A DNA stretch of 64,000 nt from Thermoanaerobaculia bacterium (GTDB taxonomy: Bacteria > Acidobacteriota > Thermoanaerobaculia > Multivoradales > Multivoraceae): contig OY762911.1 of assembly GCA_963666565.1 (NCBI GenBank), positions 2,022,797 to 2,086,796 of the forward strand, written 5' to 3'. Shown here one piece after another: positions 18,316 to 28,215 of this stretch. The notes below the pieces were generated by a model, which had not been told where the DNA came from, searched no databases, and saw only the letters and a program-made list of their open reading frames with translations. A program made the translations under genes and the position numbers. Within the stretch, counting starts at the first letter, position 1, and each line of letters opens with the position of its first letter.

Positions 18316-19899
18316 ATGAAGTCGGTCGGACATCGGGGACCGTTTGCCGTTCTCGCTTCGGCGGGTCTAGCCGCCTGCTTCGTCGGATGCGTCGCCGACA
18401 TGCCCGCCGAGCCCGCGGCGGCCCCCAACATCGTCTTCCTGCTGGTCGACGACCTGGGCGCCATGGACATCGGTGCCTTCAACCCGGACACCTTCTACGA
18501 GACGCCGAACATCGACCGGCTCGCGGCCGGCGGGGTGCGCTTCACCCGAGGCTACGCCGCGAATCCGGTGTGCAGCCCAACCCGCTTCAGCATCATGACC
18601 GGCCGGTACCCGACCCGGGTGGGCGCGACGAACTACTTCGCGGGCCGGCGGCAGGAGAAGTACGCGCCCGCTCCGCTCAACGACCGGATGCCGCTCGCGG
18701 AGTACACGCTCGCCGAGGCGCTGCGCGACGGCGGCTACCGCACGGCATTCCTGGGCAAGTGGCACCTGGGGCCGACGGAGGAGTTCTGGCCGCTCGCCCA
18801 GGGCTTCGACGTGAATGTCGGCGGCCATCGGGGCGGCATGCCGCGGAGCTACTTTTCGCCCTACTCGAACCCGACGCTTCAGGACGGCCCCGAGGACGAG
18901 CACCTGACGGCGCGGCTGACCGACGAGGCGCTCGCCCTGCTCGACGGCTACGCGGCGGACGAGGAGGGCAGGCGCTTCCTGCTCTACCTTTCGTACTACA
19001 CGGTCCACACACCGCTCGTGGCGCCGGCGGACCTGATCGCGAAGTACGCCGCCAAGGCAGGCGTCGAGGTCGGCGTGTCGGAGAAGCCGCCGGGCCGCGT
19101 GGCCGGCTATCCCGCCGACCCCGCCGATTTCGGCGACGAGGAGCAGATCTGGCCGCGCGACGAGCCGCGCCGGGTGCGCGAGGTGCAGAACCACGCGGTC
19201 TACGCGGCGATGGTGGAGACGCTGGACACGAGCGTCGGCCGCATCCTCGACCGCCTCGACGCCCTGGGTCTGGCCGAGAACACGATCGTCGTCTTCTTCT
19301 CCGACAACGGCGGCCTGTCCACCGCGGAGGGGGCGCCGACCTCGAACCTGCCGCTCCGCGGCGGCAAGGGCTGGCTCTACGAGGGCGGCATCCGCGAGCC
19401 GACGATCGTCCGCTGGCCTGCCGTGGCCCCGGCGGGCGCCGCGACGGCGGCCCCCGTCATCAGCATCGACTTCTACCCGACCTTGCTGGAGGCGGCCGGC
19501 GTCGACCAGCCGGCCGGCGTCGAGATCGACGGCGTGAGCTTCGTGGACGTGCTCCGCGGCGGCGACGCGGGTACGGCGGCTGCCGCCGCGGCCGCCGAGC
19601 GCGACCTGTTCTGGCACTACCCGCACTACGGCAACCAGGGAGGCTTCCCCGGCGGCGCGATCTCACGGGGTCGCTACAAGCTGATCGAGCGCTACGAGGA
19701 CGGCCAGGTCCACCTCTACGACCTGGAGAACGACGTTGGTGAACGGAAGGACCTGGCCGCCGAGCAGCCCGAGCGGGTCGCCGAGATGCGAGCGCGGCTC
19801 CACGCCTGGTACGGCGAAGTCGGCGCCGAGTTCCTGAGCGCCCTGCCGGATGGCCCGGGACCCTGGCAACCGTCGGTGCAGGCCGGGGACGGCGGTTGA
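18316..19899 (+). CDS. Sulfatase (arylsulfatase family), lipoprotein signal
   Basis: NIVFLLVDDLG and CSPTRFSIMTGRYP (the Cys target of formylglycine modification); GKWHLG motif. Confidence 0.85.
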   Translation: MKSVGHRGPFAVLASAGLAACFVGCVADMPAEPAAAPNIVFLLVDDLGAMDIGAFNPDTFYETPNIDRLAAGGVRFTRGYAANPVCSPTRFSIMTGRYPTRVGATNYFAGRRQEKYAPAPLNDRMPLAEYTLAEALRDGGYRTAFLGKWHLGPTEEFWPLAQGFDVNVGGHRGGMPRSYFSPYSNPTLQDGPEDEHLTARLTDEALALLDGYAADEEGRRFLLYLSYYTVHTPLVAPADLIAKYAAKAGVEVGVSEKPPGRVAGYPADPADFGDEEQIWPRDEPRRVREVQNHAVYAAMVETLDTSVGRILDRLDALGLAENTIVVFFSDNGGLSTAEGAPTSNLPLRGGKGWLYEGGIREPTIVRWPAVAPAGAATAAPVISIDFYPTLLEAAGVDQPAGVEIDGVSFVDVLRGGDAGTAAAAAAAERDLFWHYPHYGNQGGFPGGAISRGRYKLIERYEDGQVHLYDLENDVGERKDLAAEQPERVAEMRARLHAWYGEVGAEFLSALPDGPGPWQPSVQAGDGG

Positions 19900-21524
19900 G
19901 CCGGCGCTACACGCCTCCGGGCCACCATCGCACCGTCGGGGCTTTCCGGGAGCATCTGCACGGCCTCGACACCGCGTTCGACTGTGCCGGCGAGTTGCTA
20001 GGCCCGGATGGGCCGCTGGCGAAGCCGCTCACAGTGTTCGGCCGCGAAGTCGGGAACCGGTTCGCGATCCATCCGATGGAGGGCTGGGACGGCAAACGGG
20101 ACGGCAGCCCGAGCGATCTGACTCTGCGGCGCTGGCGGCGGTTCGGGCTGAGCGGGGCGAAGCTGGTCTGGGGCGGGGAGGCGGTGGCGGTGGTCCCGGA
20201 AGGGCGCGCGAATCCGAACCAGCTCTTCATCGACGGCGAACGGCTGGCCGACTGCGTTGCTTGGCTTGAGACGCTTCGCCGGGAGATCCTGGCGGGGCAC
20301 GAAGAGAGCGGCGCCGGCGGCGAGCGGCCGGTCGTCGGCCTCCAGTTGACCCACTCGGGGCGTCTTTCCCGTCCCGATCCGCCGCCCGCGCCGCCGCGGC
20401 CGTTGCGGGCGCAGGTCCATCCCGTGCTCGACGCGCGGCTGGGCGAGGCCGCGAACCGGCCCCTCGTGACCGACGAGCAACTGGAGAAGATCGCCGGCGC
20501 CTACGTGCGGGCGGCGCGCTGCGCCGAGCGGGCAGGGTACGACTTCGTCGACGTCAAGTGCTGCCACGGCTATCTGCTGCACGAACTGCTCGGCGCTCGC
20601 ACCCGGCCGGGCCGCTACGGCGGGGCGTTCGAGAACCGGGTGCGGCTGCCGCTTGAAATCGTCGCGGCGGTGCGCGCCGAGTGTCCCGGTCTTGGGGTCG
20701 GCGTCCGTCTGTCGGTCGGAGACGTGGCGCCGTTCGTTGCGGACGAGAGCGGCGTCGGGATCCCGCAAGAACCGGGAGCGCCGAGCCGCGAAGTCGCACC
20801 CGGCGTCGCGGAGGGATTGTCGCCGCTTCGCGGCGCGTCTCCGTCAGAAGCCGGCGGGGACGCCGGCGCACCCGGTGTGAGGCGCATGGATCAGGGCCGG
20901 AACGCTGACCCCACGGCAGGTGCATCCGGTCCGGCGGCCGCGCTACCTGCTGCCGGCCTGGGCTTCGGCATCGACCGCTCGAACTGCGCTTTGCCCGAAG
21001 CCACCTGCGCCGAGGCGATTCGCTACATTGACCTGCTGATCGAGGCTGGAGTCGAAGTGGTCAACGTGACGATGGGTTCGCCCTATAGTTGCCCGCACCT
21101 GTCGCGACCGTTCACGTATCCGGCGTCGGACAGCTATCTGCCGCCGGAGGATCCGCTGCGTTCGGTGCTGCGTCAACTCGCCGCCGTGCGCACGGTGCGC
21201 ACGGCGTTCCCGCGACTCCCCCTGGTGGGGACGGGCTACAGCTACCTGCAGGAGTGGCTGCCCTACGTCGCCGAGGCGGAGGTCGGGGCCGGTCACGTCG
21301 ACTTCGTCGGCCTGGGCCGGATGGTGCTGGCCTACCCGCGCCTGCCGGCCGACGTTCTGGCGGGCCGGCCGCTCGAGCGGCGCCGGATTTGCCGGACCTT
21401 CAGCGACTGCACCACGGGACCGCGCAACAACATGGTCAGCGGCTGCTACCCGCTGGACGAGCGCTACCGGGAGTCCCCCGAGTTCGCCCGGATCAAGGAG
21501 ATCAAGAAGGCGGTGGCCTCGTGA
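19896..21524 (+). CDS. NADH:flavin oxidoreductase (Old Yellow Enzyme family) with about 80 aa low-complexity insertion
   Basis: CCHGYLLHELLG active-site region and TIM-barrel OYE motifs; the inserted Pro/Gly/Ala-rich segment (about residues 285-365) contains a REP-like sequence. Confidence 0.7.
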   Translation: MSRRYTPPGHHRTVGAFREHLHGLDTAFDCAGELLGPDGPLAKPLTVFGREVGNRFAIHPMEGWDGKRDGSPSDLTLRRWRRFGLSGAKLVWGGEAVAVVPEGRANPNQLFIDGERLADCVAWLETLRREILAGHEESGAGGERPVVGLQLTHSGRLSRPDPPPAPPRPLRAQVHPVLDARLGEAANRPLVTDEQLEKIAGAYVRAARCAERAGYDFVDVKCCHGYLLHELLGARTRPGRYGGAFENRVRLPLEIVAAVRAECPGLGVGVRLSVGDVAPFVADESGVGIPQEPGAPSREVAPGVAEGLSPLRGASPSEAGGDAGAPGVRRMDQGRNADPTAGASGPAAALPAAGLGFGIDRSNCALPEATCAEAIRYIDLLIEAGVEVVNVTMGSPYSCPHLSRPFTYPASDSYLPPEDPLRSVLRQLAAVRTVRTAFPRLPLVGTGYSYLQEWLPYVAEAEVGAGHVDFVGLGRMVLAYPRLPADVLAGRPLERRRICRTFSDCTTGPRNNMVSGCYPLDERYRESPEFARIKEIKKAVAS

Positions 21525-22684
21525 CGGCCGCCGCCGAACGGACGGGCGCCGCCGAACGGACGGGCGCCATCGGCCGGACAGGCACAGCCGGCCGCCCCGC
21601 CGTTCCGCCGCTGCCGAGGCTCTGTTTCGCCGCACTTCACGTCGTCGTGCGCGACGGCTACGCCCAGGCTGGCCACTCGCTCGAACAGCCCGGCTCGCCG
21701 CAGGAGATCGAACACTGGATCGACTGGAAGGCGACCGCCGGGCTGCGCCGCCACGTCGACTCGCTCGGATTCGGCGTCGCGGAGGCGATGGATACGGCCC
21801 AGCGTTTCGAGATCGGCTGGCCCAGCGCGCGGCGGTTGATCGAACTCTGCGCCTCGCTCGAACTCCGCAACGGCTTCGTCGCCGGGGCCGGCAGCGACCA
21901 GTTCGATGCCGTCGACAGCAACGCGAAACTGGTGGACGCGGTGGTGGAACAGGCGGAGTTCATCGACGGGCTGGGCGGAGTCCCGGTCCTGCTGCCGATG
22001 CCGCGGCTGACGGAGACCGGGGCCTCGGAGCGCGAGTACGTCGACGTCTACGGCGCGATCATCGACCAGCTCGAGGGGCCGCTGTTCCTCCACTGGCTGG
22101 GCGAGATGTTCCACCCGGCGATGCGCGGCTACTTCCCGGGCAACAGCCTGGAGCGCATCCTCGCCCGTCACGACGACAAGGTGCGCGGCGTCAAGCTCTC
22201 GCTGCTGGACGAGGAGTTCGAGGTGCGCCTTCGACGTCGCCTCGCCATGCGCGGCCAGATCGTCCTGACAGGGGACGACTACCACTTCGCCAGCCTGCTG
22301 GAGGGGCAGCCGGCGGCCAGGGGGTCGAGGCTCGGCGGCACGTTCGAACTGATGGGCCGCGGAGTGGCCATGGGCGACTTCAGCCACGCGCTGCTCGGCG
22401 CCTTCGACGCGGTAGCCGAGCCGGCGGCCGAGGCGCTTCGCGCCCTCGGCGACGGTGACGTCGGCCGCTATCGCGAACTGATGGGCCCGGCGGAAGAGCT
22501 CGCCCGCTTCATCTTCCAGCCGCCGACGCGCCACTACAAAGCCGGACTCGCCTACCACGCCTGGCTGCGCGGTCTGCAGGACAACCCGATGCTGGTCAAT
22601 CGGGAGGATCTGGCGCGGGACGAGGCGCACTACCGCGGAGTCGCGTCTCTCGCGCGGCGCGCGGGCACGTTGGGCGACGGCTGA
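21521..22684 (+). CDS. DUF993-like TIM-barrel family protein (putative)
   Basis: FAALHVVVRDGYAQ N-region; GTG start overlapping the upstream stop; N-terminal hexapeptide repeats AAERTG x2-3; true start uncertain. Confidence 0.45.
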   Translation: MTAAAERTGAAERTGAIGRTGTAGRPAVPPLPRLCFAALHVVVRDGYAQAGHSLEQPGSPQEIEHWIDWKATAGLRRHVDSLGFGVAEAMDTAQRFEIGWPSARRLIELCASLELRNGFVAGAGSDQFDAVDSNAKLVDAVVEQAEFIDGLGGVPVLLPMPRLTETGASEREYVDVYGAIIDQLEGPLFLHWLGEMFHPAMRGYFPGNSLERILARHDDKVRGVKLSLLDEEFEVRLRRRLAMRGQIVLTGDDYHFASLLEGQPAARGSRLGGTFELMGRGVAMGDFSHALLGAFDAVAEPAAEALRALGDGDVGRYRELMGPAEELARFIFQPPTRHYKAGLAYHAWLRGLQDNPMLVNREDLARDEAHYRGVASLARRAGTLGDG

Positions 22685-22734
22685 CCGGCGCCTCACCGAC
22701 AGTCACGCGATGTGCGAGAGTTCGCGCGGGCGGG

Positions 22735-25713
22735 ATGGCGATCGTGACGAGAACCGAGAACGGGACGGGCGGCGGCCCCGGCGGTGGACGACCGGGCCGG
22801 ATTGGCGCCGCGTCCCTGGCTGTTGCGCTGCTGCTTTGCGCCCACGCCGCGACAGCCCAGCAGACCGGGCGCATCGAAGGAACGGTGACGCTGCGCGGCG
22901 CCGCCTCGCCGGACGGCATCGCCGTTCTGGCCGAGACCGGCGCCGTGCCCCGGCCAAGGTCGACCGTTGTCGACGCGTCCGGCCGCTACGCGCTGCCGCG
23001 GCTCTACCCGGGCCGCTATCGGGTCACGTTCACGACCCCGGCGGGAGCGAGCCGCACCGTCGAGGCCCGGGTCCTGCTCGGCCAGACGACGACCCTGGAC
23101 CTGGAACTCGACGCCGCCGCCGCTTTCAGCGAGGAACTCGTCGTGGTCGGAGAGCGGGTCGCCGTCCGCGGCCGTGCCGCAGTAGCCAGCGCCATCGACG
23201 GCGAAGCGGTGCGGGACATGCCTCTCGGTCCCGACTATCGCAGCCTCGTCCGGCTCGCTCCGGGCGTCCAGGTGACGCAGGACGGCGTGCGGGGACCGGC
23301 CAGCGGCGGCAGCGGTCAGGACAACGTGTACCGATTCGACGGCGTCGACGTGTCGCTGCCGATGTTCGGCACGCTGTCGGCCGAACTCTCGAGCCACGAC
23401 GTCGACCAGGTGACCTTCGAGCGCGCCGGCGCCACGGCGGTGGGCTTCAACCGTAGCGGCGGGTTCACGATGGACTCGACGGCGAGATCGGGTACGAACG
23501 CCTTCACGGGCAGCGTCGAGTACACCGTGGAGCCGCCCGATCTTCAGGCGGAGCCCGAGACGGTCCTGGAGTCCGCGGCTGGACACGACACGGACCGCCA
23601 GCGCGCCGTCGCCACCTTCGGCGGCCCGATCGTTCCGTCGCGGCTCTTCTTCTTCGCTTCCGCTTTCCGGCCCACGGAAGAGCGGACGAACGCGGCCACG
23701 GCCTACGGACCGGTCAAGGACTACGAGAACACGCGCCGCGAGTTCTACGGCAGGCTGACGCACGCGCCGTCGGACCGGGTGCTGCTCAACGCCGGCTACC
23801 GTGCCTCGCGGCGCGAGGAGAACGGCGTCTCGGTCGGGCCGTACGAAGCCGATTCGGTATCGCTCGGCGGCAGGGCGGACCAGCGAGTCGCGAACGTCGA
23901 CGGCGTCTGGCAGACACGCCTGGGCGCCCTCTCGTTCCGGCTCAGCGATTACGAACTCGAGGGCTCTTCCCGGCCCGACGTGGGGCTGGCCGTCCAGCCG
24001 GCGCTCGACGGCGCCCTGGACGTGGACAATCTGGACCGGATGGGCTACTTCAGCGTCCCCGAGTACGTGGACGGCGCCGATGCCTACAACGCCGCGGTCG
24101 GGCCCCTGGTGGAGCGCTACGGCTACGCGGACGAGCAGGGCGTGCGCCGGGGAGGCGGCGCCGTCGGCGCGCACCCGTCGATCAACGACCAGGCGTTCTA
24201 CCGGCGGAGCTTCGAACTGACGTTCGATCGCGAGTTCGACCGGGGCGCGATCGGCCACGACGTCCACTTCGGGTTGCGGGCCGCCGAGGCGCGCGAGACG
24301 CTGAGCCGTGAATCGAACGGCTGGGGCGCCATCGAGGCGCCGGGCGGCGTCGACCTGGCCGCGGCCGGAACGCCGGTCTTCTACGTCGCCACGGTGCAGC
24401 AGATGAGCCTCCGGCGCCCGGACGGCACGGTGGTTTCGCCCATCGACTCCTTCACGGAGACGATGTCCCTGGGGGTGCACGACCGCGTGACCGCGGGCGA
24501 CTTCACCTTCGACGCTGGCGTGCTGCTGAGCCGGGACGTTCTGTACGGGCAGGGTCTAAGAGCGGCGCCGGGGACGGTGTCCGGCTACGCCCTGGCGCCG
24601 GGCGAGAAGTACAGGATGTACACGATCGACTGGCGAGACATGATTCAGCCGCGTCTCGGCGTAACGTGGTCCTGGCGGGCGGAGGGCACGGTCTTCGCGA
24701 ACTACGCCCGCTACCACCCGGAGGCGTCCTCGCTGGCGCGCGCGGCCTCCTGGGACCGGAACACCCGCGCCAGCCTCCGCGTGCTGTTCGACGAAGGCGG
24801 CCGCGTCATTGCCCACGAGCCGTACCCGGGATCTTCCGGCAAGGTGTTCCAGGACGGCATGAAGCCCCGCCGCATCGACGAGTGGACGCTCGGCGCGACC
24901 CGGACGTTGTCGCGGGGACTGTCGCTCAGCGCTCACCTGCGCCGCCGGGAGGGCGGGAACTTCTGGGAGGACACATGGAACGGATCCCGGGGTTACGACA
25001 GCGCCCCCGCCCACATCGCCGCCCGCGGTCTCTACGTGCCGGGTCTCGATGCCGTGCGAGCGGAAATCGGCGGTTCGAGCTACGTGATCGCGGAACTCGA
25101 CGGCGCTTACACTGAGTACTCGGAGGCTGCGGTCGAACTGGTGTGGCGGGGCGAGCGCGGCTACCTGAACGCCTCGTACGTGCGGAGCCGCTACACCGGC
25201 AACTTCGATCAGGACAACACGAGCTGGAACAACGACGCCAACCTGTTCATCGGCTCGTCCAATCTCGCCGACGGCTATGGCCGGCAGCTATGGGACAACA
25301 AGGACGGGACGCTGCGCGGGGACCGGCCGCATCTCGCGAAGGTGTTCGGCCGTCTCGACCTGCCGTGGCGGGCGAGCGTCGGCGCGTTCGTCTTCTTCCA
25401 GTCCGGGCAGCCGTGGGAAGCGTGGGACTCGGTCGCCTACGGGCTACCCTCCTACTTCTCGTCGACCAACCGTTACGCGGAGCAGGCCGGCAGCAGGCGC
25501 AGTCCGAGCCACTGGCAACTGGACCTGGGCTACACGCAGCACTTCCTCCTGCCGACGGACCTGGGCCTTCGGCTGCGCGTCGATCTCTTCAACCTCTTCG
25601 ACCGCCAGACCGGCTACAACATGAATCCGTTCCGGCGCGACGCCGCTTTCGGGGAACCCCGCGACCGCTTCGATCCGCGCCGGGTGCAGATCTCCCTGAG
25701 CGTCGAGTTCTGA
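22735..25713 (+). CDS. TonB-dependent receptor with N-terminal carboxypeptidase-regulatory-like domain
   Basis: Signal peptide; CarbopepD-reg-like GRYALPRLYPGRYRVTF; plug domain; terminal aromatic residue (..LSVEF). Confidence 0.8.
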   Translation: MAIVTRTENGTGGGPGGGRPGRIGAASLAVALLLCAHAATAQQTGRIEGTVTLRGAASPDGIAVLAETGAVPRPRSTVVDASGRYALPRLYPGRYRVTFTTPAGASRTVEARVLLGQTTTLDLELDAAAAFSEELVVVGERVAVRGRAAVASAIDGEAVRDMPLGPDYRSLVRLAPGVQVTQDGVRGPASGGSGQDNVYRFDGVDVSLPMFGTLSAELSSHDVDQVTFERAGATAVGFNRSGGFTMDSTARSGTNAFTGSVEYTVEPPDLQAEPETVLESAAGHDTDRQRAVATFGGPIVPSRLFFFASAFRPTEERTNAATAYGPVKDYENTRREFYGRLTHAPSDRVLLNAGYRASRREENGVSVGPYEADSVSLGGRADQRVANVDGVWQTRLGALSFRLSDYELEGSSRPDVGLAVQPALDGALDVDNLDRMGYFSVPEYVDGADAYNAAVGPLVERYGYADEQGVRRGGGAVGAHPSINDQAFYRRSFELTFDREFDRGAIGHDVHFGLRAAEARETLSRESNGWGAIEAPGGVDLAAAGTPVFYVATVQQMSLRRPDGTVVSPIDSFTETMSLGVHDRVTAGDFTFDAGVLLSRDVLYGQGLRAAPGTVSGYALAPGEKYRMYTIDWRDMIQPRLGVTWSWRAEGTVFANYARYHPEASSLARAASWDRNTRASLRVLFDEGGRVIAHEPYPGSSGKVFQDGMKPRRIDEWTLGATRTLSRGLSLSAHLRRREGGNFWEDTWNGSRGYDSAPAHIAARGLYVPGLDAVRAEIGGSSYVIAELDGAYTEYSEAAVELVWRGERGYLNASYVRSRYTGNFDQDNTSWNNDANLFIGSSNLADGYGRQLWDNKDGTLRGDRPHLAKVFGRLDLPWRASVGAFVFFQSGQPWEAWDSVAYGLPSYFSSTNRYAEQAGSRRSPSHWQLDLGYTQHFLLPTDLGLRLRVDLFNLFDRQTGYNMNPFRRDAAFGEPRDRFDPRRVQISLSVEF

Positions 25714-25717
25714 TCCG

Positions 25718-26968
25718 TTGCCTCGGAACGTCGCGGATGCCGTTTCGGCGGGAGCTCGCCGGGCCGAGATCACGGTCCGGGACGCGCGCCGTCTGGCGCT
25801 GGCCCGCGCGGGGCTGCTGAAGCCCGAGTGGACCGGCCTGCCGCGTTCGGCTTCCGGCCGCGGCGTGCGGGCGCGCCGGGCGCTCCACGCACTGATCGAG
25901 CGCTTCGGCTACCTCCAGCTCGACACGATCTCGGTCGCGGGGGCCCGCACCCACGCGCTGGTGCCGTTGTCGCGCTGGCCCGGAATCGACCGGAACCTGC
26001 CGGAGGAACTCCTGCAGCCCGGCGAGCCGATCTTCGAGTACTGGGGCCACGAAGCGAGCTGGATCCCGATCGACCTCTACCCGGCGTTCGGCTTCCGCCG
26101 GGACGAGTACCGAAGCGGCAGGACCTGGCACAGCCGCGGGATCCGCGATCACCCGGACGTGGCGAACGCGATCCTCCGCCAGGTCGAGGCCGAGGGGCCC
26201 CTCCGGTCGCTCGATCTCAAGGGGCCGATGATGGGCGAGATGTGGCGCTCGAAGCGAGAGCGGTGGGTCGCCTACTCGCTGTGGTCGACCGGCGAACTCG
26301 CCATCCGTTCGCGGCACAACTTCCAGCGAACGTTCGACTTGCCCGAGCGGGTGATCCCCGAGCGTTGGCGGAGCGAGGAATGGCGCCTGGAGGAGGGGAT
26401 CCGGGCGCTGATCCTGCGCGCCCTCGAGGGTCACGGCTGGGCGACGATCGGCGCGCTCGCCGACACCTTCCGGCTCAAGAACGTGCGCCCGCAGATCGGG
26501 ACCGCGCTGGAGGAACTGGCCGCGGCGGGGGAGGCGGCCCCGTGCGACGTGATCGCGGCCGGCGGCAAGAGGCGGTCGGGATGGGTGCGCCCCGCCGACC
26601 TCGAACTCGCCGCCCGGTTGCGCCGCGTGCGCCCGGCGCCCGACCGGGGCGTGCTGCTGTCGCCGTTCGATCCGGTGCTGTGGCGGCGGAACCGGGTGGC
26701 GCATCTGTTCGGTTTCGACCAGATCCTGGAGATCTTCAAGCCGGCCTCGCAGCGGCGCTACGGCTACTACTGCATGCCGGTGCTCGCCGGCGACCGGCTG
26801 GCGGCGCGCTACGACCTGAAGGCGCACCGGCGCGAGGGCCGGCTGGAGGTGCTGGCGCTCCACTACGAGGCGGACGGTCCGAAGCCTCCCGCAGCCGACC
26901 GGGCGGCCGCGAAGAGCGCGTTGGCGAGATTCGCGGAGTCGGTGGAGCTGGCTGTCGACCAGGAGTAG
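25718..26968 (+). CDS. Winged-helix DNA glycosylase YcaQ/AlkZ family (DUF1006) protein
   Basis: FDPVLWRRNRVAHLFGFDQILEIFKPASQRRYGYYCMPVL is typical of YcaQ-like crosslink-repair glycosylases. Confidence 0.65.
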   Translation: MPRNVADAVSAGARRAEITVRDARRLALARAGLLKPEWTGLPRSASGRGVRARRALHALIERFGYLQLDTISVAGARTHALVPLSRWPGIDRNLPEELLQPGEPIFEYWGHEASWIPIDLYPAFGFRRDEYRSGRTWHSRGIRDHPDVANAILRQVEAEGPLRSLDLKGPMMGEMWRSKRERWVAYSLWSTGELAIRSRHNFQRTFDLPERVIPERWRSEEWRLEEGIRALILRALEGHGWATIGALADTFRLKNVRPQIGTALEELAAAGEAAPCDVIAAGGKRRSGWVRPADLELAARLRRVRPAPDRGVLLSPFDPVLWRRNRVAHLFGFDQILEIFKPASQRRYGYYCMPVLAGDRLAARYDLKAHRREGRLEVLALHYEADGPKPPAADRAAAKSALARFAESVELAVDQE

Positions 26969-27012
26969 TCGCAGCCGCGAGAGGCTGTGCTGGCGCGCGT
27001 GGAATGGCCAGT

Positions 27013-27070
27013 GCGGGTCGGAAGACCCGCGCACCCAGCGGAAGCCGGCGCACCCGGTGTGCGGCGAGTC
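27013..27070. repeat. REP-like hairpin element plus GCCGGCGCACCCGGTGTGCGGCG submotif
   Basis: GCGGGTCGGAAGACCCGCGCACCCAGCGG followed by a second recurring motif also seen at about 20850 and 16445. Confidence 0.55.
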
Positions 27071-27087
27071 CAGTACGCTGCAGCGCG

Positions 27088-28035
27088 ATGAGAAACACGC
27101 ATCTTTGCCGGACCGTCCCGGTCCTGCTCTTCGCCGTATCGCTGACGGTCGGGTGCGCCGCCGAAGGCCCAAGCGACGAAGCCGACGCGCGGCCGCGGGT
27201 CGCGCTGGTCATGAAGTCGCTCGCCAACGAGTTCTTCGAGACGATGGCCGAGGGCGCGCGGGCGCACCATGAGGCGAATGCCGACGACTACGACCTTGTC
27301 GTCAACGGCACGCGGAACGAGAGCGACCTCGCCCAGCAGGTCGCCCTGGTCGAGCAGATGGTGGCCTCCGGGAGCGACGCGATCGTCATCGCGCCGGCGG
27401 ACTCGAAGGCCCTGGCGCCGGCGCTCGCGCGGGCGCAGGCTGCCGGGGTCGTCGTCGTCAACATCGACAACCGCCTCGATGCCGAGGTGGCGGCCGACAC
27501 GGGTCTCGACGCGCCCTTCGTGGGCCCCGACAACCGCGACGGCGCCCGACGGGTCGGCGAGGCCCTGGCCGCGCACCTCGAGCCCGGCGACCGGGTGGCG
27601 ATCGTCGGCGGCATTCCGACCGCCTTCAACGCGCAGCAGCGGCAGGCCGGCTTCGAGGACGCGATGAACGCGGCCGGCGCCGAGATCGTCGACACGCAAA
27701 GCGGCGGCTGGGAGCAGGCGCAGGCGAACGCGGTGGCGGCGGCGATGCTGCGCGAGCACCCGGATCTGCGGGCGCTGCTCTGCGCCAACGACAACATGGC
27801 GCTCGGCGCGCTGGCGGCCAGGCGCCAGAGCGGGCGCGACGACGTGGCGATCGTCGGCTTCGACAACATCGACGCGGTCGCGGACCTGGTGGCCCGGGGC
27901 GAGATCCTGGCGACCGCCGACCAGCACGCGGACCGGCTCGCCGTGTTCGGGATCGAGGCGGCGCTCGAGATCCTGCGCGGCGGCGAGGCGAAGGACCGCC
28001 AGACGCCGGTCGACGTGATCGTCGCGCCCGACTGA
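27088..28035 (+). CDS. Sugar ABC transporter substrate-binding protein (RbsB-like), lipoprotein
   Basis: Periplasmic-binding fold type I motifs; lipobox LTVGC. Confidence 0.8.
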   Translation: MRNTHLCRTVPVLLFAVSLTVGCAAEGPSDEADARPRVALVMKSLANEFFETMAEGARAHHEANADDYDLVVNGTRNESDLAQQVALVEQMVASGSDAIVIAPADSKALAPALARAQAAGVVVVNIDNRLDAEVAADTGLDAPFVGPDNRDGARRVGEALAAHLEPGDRVAIVGGIPTAFNAQQRQAGFEDAMNAAGAEIVDTQSGGWEQAQANAVAAAMLREHPDLRALLCANDNMALGALAARRQSGRDDVAIVGFDNIDAVADLVARGEILATADQHADRLAVFGIEAALEILRGGEAKDRQTPVDVIVAPD

Positions 28036-28036
28036 A

Positions 28037-28075
28037 CCCGCTGGGTGCGCGGGTCTTCTGACCCGCCTTCGGTGA
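28037..28075. repeat. REP-like hairpin element
   Basis: CCCGCTGGGTGCGCGGGTCTTCTGACCCGCC; inverted partner at 28180-28215. Confidence 0.55.
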
Positions 28076-28179
28076 AGCCCCGAAGCGGCGCAGTCCGTAT
28101 GACGGGGCGGCCGGCCGCAGGCCGGCGACAATCGCGGAGCCGGCCTTGGGGGCCGGCGCGTTCTTCTGGCCGCCTCCGG

Positions 28180-28215
28180 CGGCAGCGGGTCGGAAGACCC
28201 GCGCACCCAGCGGAC
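28180..28215. repeat. REP-like hairpin element
   Basis: GCAGCGGGTCGGAAGACCCGCGCACCCAGCGG. Confidence 0.55.

Noticed and set aside
22693-24480. 595 aa minus-strand ORF inside the TonB-dependent receptor gene
   Set aside because: Antisense to a gene with strong TonB-receptor features; RG-rich composition without motifs.
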